From positions 47,430,001-47,494,000 of the forward strand of contig NC_083282.1 in assembly GCF_963506605.1 (NCBI RefSeq): DNA of 64,000 bases, read 5' to 3'. Every line of letters begins with the position of its first letter. The first letter of the stretch is position 1. Position numbers and translations under genes: made by a program. Under the pieces are notes generated by a model. That model was not told the origin of the DNA. It did no database searches and saw only the letters and a list, made by a program, of their open reading frames with translations. Shown piece after piece: positions 61,701 through 64,000 of this stretch. This DNA is from Zootoca vivipara (taxonomy: Eukaryota).

Positions 61701-63431
61701 GCTCCAAATTTTGCCTGGGAAAGTGAGCTATTAAGGACGTAGCAAACTAGGACAAAGTTACTTGAGGGTCCCACTGAACTCTATTGAAATGGAAAATGGA
61801 GTGTCCGCACACTATACAGTGAACCCTCGGGTTATGTTACCTTCAGGTAACGTAACTTGGGTTGCGAACGTGGCAAACCCCACGTGCATGCACAGAAGCA
61901 CACTGCATGCCGTGTGCATGCGCAGAAGTGCTCAATCATGCTGTGTGTGTGCAGAAGAGCGCCTTCAGTTACGAAGATTTCAGTATATGGCCAGGCCATA
62001 ACTGGAGGTACCACTGTATACTGGCATGAGACCTTGTGAAATGCTTAAATGTTGAAACTTCCTTCAAATTCTAGCCTAATTGATTAGCAACAGAGAACCC
62101 TGAGACTTCAGGTGTCTGTACAAGAAGTACCTTAACTCTACTTAAATCAAAGACTCTCCTTATTCCATAGGAAGAAGGCAATAGTCTTTTTGTGTGTCCC
62201 TGGAAATCACCCTTCTGGGATCACACCCTACTCTCTATTCCAGCAGAATGTGGGGAAATTCCTCTAGCAAATTTGAGCAAAATCTCCCCCAGAAATTGTG
62301 TTCTGGTATGGTCTATTTTCTGAACACAGAAAAATAGTCTGTAGGGGTGTAGGGAGAGACCTGTTCCAAGCAAACGTGGTAACACAACTTACTGGTCATA
62401 AAATGCCTGTGCCACCTCCTAATCTGGTGTTCCCCATTCAGGCTCCTCCACCAGTTCCTTCCCCTACACTGCTCACCTCTCTGCACCCTCGTACAGTGAA
62501 GTCCTTGAAAGTCCGGATGTCATCAATAAGCAGATTCATAAGTCGGAGTTTGTCAGCAAAACCAACCAACACATACAGTCCACTAGGGTGAAGGGAAAGT
62601 GCATATGCCTCTTCTTGGTATTCCTTGTACAGGTCCAGTGTGCTGCAGCAGGAGCAACCATGGCAATCAAAGCACAGACCACGCTTCTCTGCAACTAAGT
62701 TGTACCTAGTGCTATTTTTGGTCACAGTTCCCCCAAGAAGGTCAAATGCTGGGGAACAGTGAACAAAGGGGAACAAAGACAACTTGACTGCGTCATAGAT
62801 ATACCAGTCCCTTTCAATGCATACAACAGGGCAGCAAAAATAATTTTTCACATGACACGGAGTTCATACTGTCAGTCAACCAAATTAATTCAGCATCACA
62901 GTAGAATCAATTTGTATAACCAGAACTAACAATAAAACTGCCATTTTTTAAACCTAAAGTTGATAAAAGAAATAGGCTTTCTAATTTTGATAGCTCCAGA
63001 CTTTTAATGGATTTTTCTGGATTTAGAACTAGGTTACGTTTCTGTTACATACACAGGAGTCCCATGAAGAAGTACAATTATGTCAACTGATTTCTAGAGC
63101 AACCACCATCTCTTAATATTATGTTGTACTCTGAGTAAATATAAGCAGTTTCTATTTATCAGAATAGGACTGACACTTGCCCTGATCATTGCCTGGGGCT
63201 CTGTAGTGAATTGCCACTCACTCATAGTATGAGTACAATTCATAGTCTGAGTACAAATCAAAAGGCCGTGCAACAGATCATGTCCCCTTACTTGTTTTCA
63301 TAATTCCAGATGCGGACAGATTTGTCCAGTGAACAGGTAGCAACCAGGGGCTTGCGAATGCAGGTATCCAAGCCAGTAATAGAAGCAGAATGTATTGGGT
63401 GGTTCAGGTATTCAAAGTGAGCTGTCTCCCC
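49558..63431 (-). CDS. CFAP57: Cilia- and flagella-associated protein 57 (WDR65), 3' 17 coding exons (874 aa in window); 5' exons lie right of the window
   Basis: 17 GT-AG exons, phase-consistent, 2625 nt to stop; WD40 repeats followed by long coiled coil; peptides such as [63 protein letters not shown] and [10 protein letters not shown] match CFAP57. Confidence 0.95.
49918..50053. mobile_element. URR1-like hAT MITE
   Basis: TIRs caggcatccccaaact / agtttggagatgccta; perfect TSD gtctacag; palindromic body. Confidence 0.85.
50676..50808 (-). CDS. CFAP57: CFAP57 penultimate exon ([17 protein letters not shown]...)
   Basis: 133 nt, ctgtag|...|gtaaac. Confidence 0.85.
50828..51311 (-). mobile_element. 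Solo LTR (484 bp, probably Gypsy-type) in CFAP57 intron, same orientation as the gene
   Basis: Minus strand TGTAAG...CTGACA termini; 5-bp TSD cagat at 50823-50827 and 51312-51316; AATAAA (minus) at 50893-50898 near its 3' end. Confidence 0.8.
51668..51811 (-). CDS. CFAP57: CFAP57 exon (VEIVGVD...YVRIMQ)
   Basis: 144 nt after a 76-nt intron, catcag|...|gtacta. Confidence 0.9.
51888..52022 (-). CDS. CFAP57: CFAP57 exon (ERDMEAL...VQKADM)
   Basis: 135 nt, ctgcag|...|gtaagt. Confidence 0.9.
52605..52721 (-). CDS. CFAP57: CFAP57 exon (MEGELERF...KEMQK)
   Basis: 117 nt, gtgcag|...|gtgtgt. Confidence 0.88.
52835..52978 (-). CDS. CFAP57: CFAP57 exon (EKRIYDL...KEQIQE)
   Basis: 144 nt, tcccag|...|gtgaga. 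Confidence 0.9.
53284..53442 (-). CDS. CFAP57: CFAP57 exon (FNSLQKE...ETIQDK)
   Basis: 159 nt, ctgtag|...|gtgagg. Confidence 0.9.
54184..54357 (-). CDS. CFAP57: CFAP57 exon (AQDESR...GIMRKK)
   Basis: 174 nt, tttcag|...|gtatgc. Confidence 0.9.
55471..55661 (-). CDS. CFAP57: CFAP57 exon ([10 protein letters not shown]...TQLEE)
   Basis: 191 nt, ggtcag|...|gtatga. Confidence 0.88.
56430..56523 (-). CDS. CFAP57: CFAP57 exon (VLKAAKEK...EVQDL)
   Basis: 94 nt, tttcag|...|gttagg. Confidence 0.85.
56652..56807 (-). CDS. CFAP57: CFAP57 exon (TQIMLELK...LKTKNQ)
   Basis: 156 nt, ctgcag|...|gtgagg. Confidence 0.9.
57482..57643 (-). CDS. CFAP57: CFAP57 exon (MSITADDQF...DMEEK)
   Basis: 162 nt, ccacag|...|gtcagt. 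Confidence 0.9.
57768..58310 (+). mobile_element. Non-autonomous Helitron with internal G-rich minisatellite
   Basis: A|TCTATATATATAAAA start; hairpin gccaca-gcaacg-tgtggc at 58281-58298, then CTAG|T; no TSD; three ~60-bp repeat units at ~58108-58282. Confidence 0.8.
59010..59183 (-). CDS. CFAP57: CFAP57 exon (ILREVPTF...AGPVTK)
   Basis: 174 nt, tttcag|...|gtaaag. Confidence 0.9.
59602..59814 (-). CDS. CFAP57: CFAP57 exon (VRAVVWS...EICDSA)
   Basis: 213 nt, ctccag|...|gtgagc. Confidence 0.9.
61404..61517 (-). CDS. CFAP57: CFAP57 exon ([10 protein letters not shown]...GHNGK)
   Basis: 114 nt, ctacag|...|gtcagt. Confidence 0.9.
61817..62016. mobile_element. Tigger-like MITE
   Basis: TA|cagtgaaccctcgggttatg ... 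cataactggaggtaccactg|TA. Confidence 0.75.
62477..62642 (-). CDS. CFAP57: CFAP57 exon ([11 protein letters not shown]...VRGCRE)
   Basis: 166 nt, ctgcag|...|gtgagc. Confidence 0.9.
63292..63431 (-). CDS. CFAP57: CFAP57 exon (GETAHFEYL...IWNYEN)
   Basis: 140 nt, cactag|...|gtaagg. Confidence 0.9.
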
Positions 63432-63864
63432 CTAGTGAAATATCACAAACATGTTAGCTACAGCTGCTCATGTGATGGTGTAACACTAGGCAACACTGAA
63501 CTTCTCTCCATAGCAAAAAGGAGGCATTTGATATGTACTAAATTTATCAAAGCCCTGGAAAGTCTAGTGACAAATAGGGCATTTGTAGAGAAGTACACCA
63601 GTGACTATAGAAAAGTACTCTGAAGAGGTCCAAACAGAAACAGCCACTGCTGGAAATCTGACTGGAGAATATACCTTACAAATCTTGGGGAGATTTTCTG
63701 CAAGAGGTATTTAAGATTGCTGAAATGTGTCCTTGCTGTCTCACAGGAGAACATGACATTTTGAATTGTTTTTGATGAGGATTACACCAACACGTCTATG
63801 CACCAGGGCAAAGGAGGTTGCAGAAGGAAAGGCTGCCATTCTCTCTATATCCATAAATTGATAC

Positions 63865-63906
63865 TGGTCCGGATGGAAACACCGGCTATGGTCCGGATGG
63901 AAACAC
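63865..63906. repeat. 18-bp perfect direct repeat (tggtccggatggaaacac x2, 6-bp spacer)
   Basis: Seen at 63865-63882 and 63889-63906. Confidence 0.8.
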
Positions 63907-64000
63907 AAATGAAAGGCCTAAGTGCCATGTGGTCATGATATTGCTGCATGGTTATTGGTGCTTTCAATGTGAAGTTGCTATAGGAGCTATTCAGTGGTGA

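Noticed and set aside
63865-63906. Direct repeat with spacer as a CRISPR-like unit
   Set aside because: Only two copies with a 6-bp spacer in a vertebrate intron; a simple local duplication.

Overview
Vertebrate genomic DNA from a squamate reptile, probably a lacertid lizard (inferred from the Sauria SINE, BovB, L2/CR1 tails and hAT/Tigger MITEs). No CRISPR, rRNA or intact tRNA gene was seen. The window is the TIE1-C1orf210-TMEM125-CFAP57 block of human 1p34.2, in reverse orientation. Left to right: (1) a probable first, signal-peptide coding exon of TIE1 (-, 2782-2830); (2) a C1orf210/TEMP orthologue (+, 4 coding exons, 19268-24568, 375 aa by my splice model) that, unlike the short type III mammalian protein, has a signal peptide, an LRR ectodomain and a basic convertase-like stalk motif; (3) a single-coding-exon TRIM56-like RING-B-box-coiled-coil-NHL gene (+, 30406-32442) with its own CpG promoter, not present at this position in human; (4) TMEM125 (-, 36782-37453); (5) the last 17 coding exons of CFAP57/WDR65 (-, 63431-49558). 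Introns and intergenic DNA hold many transposons with readable TIRs/TSDs. These include a solo LTR whose end appears to supply a CFAP57 branch point, a 1.9 kb ORF2-less L1-like element and a non-autonomous Helitron. Gene names come from my recall of the protein families and synteny, not from database searches.
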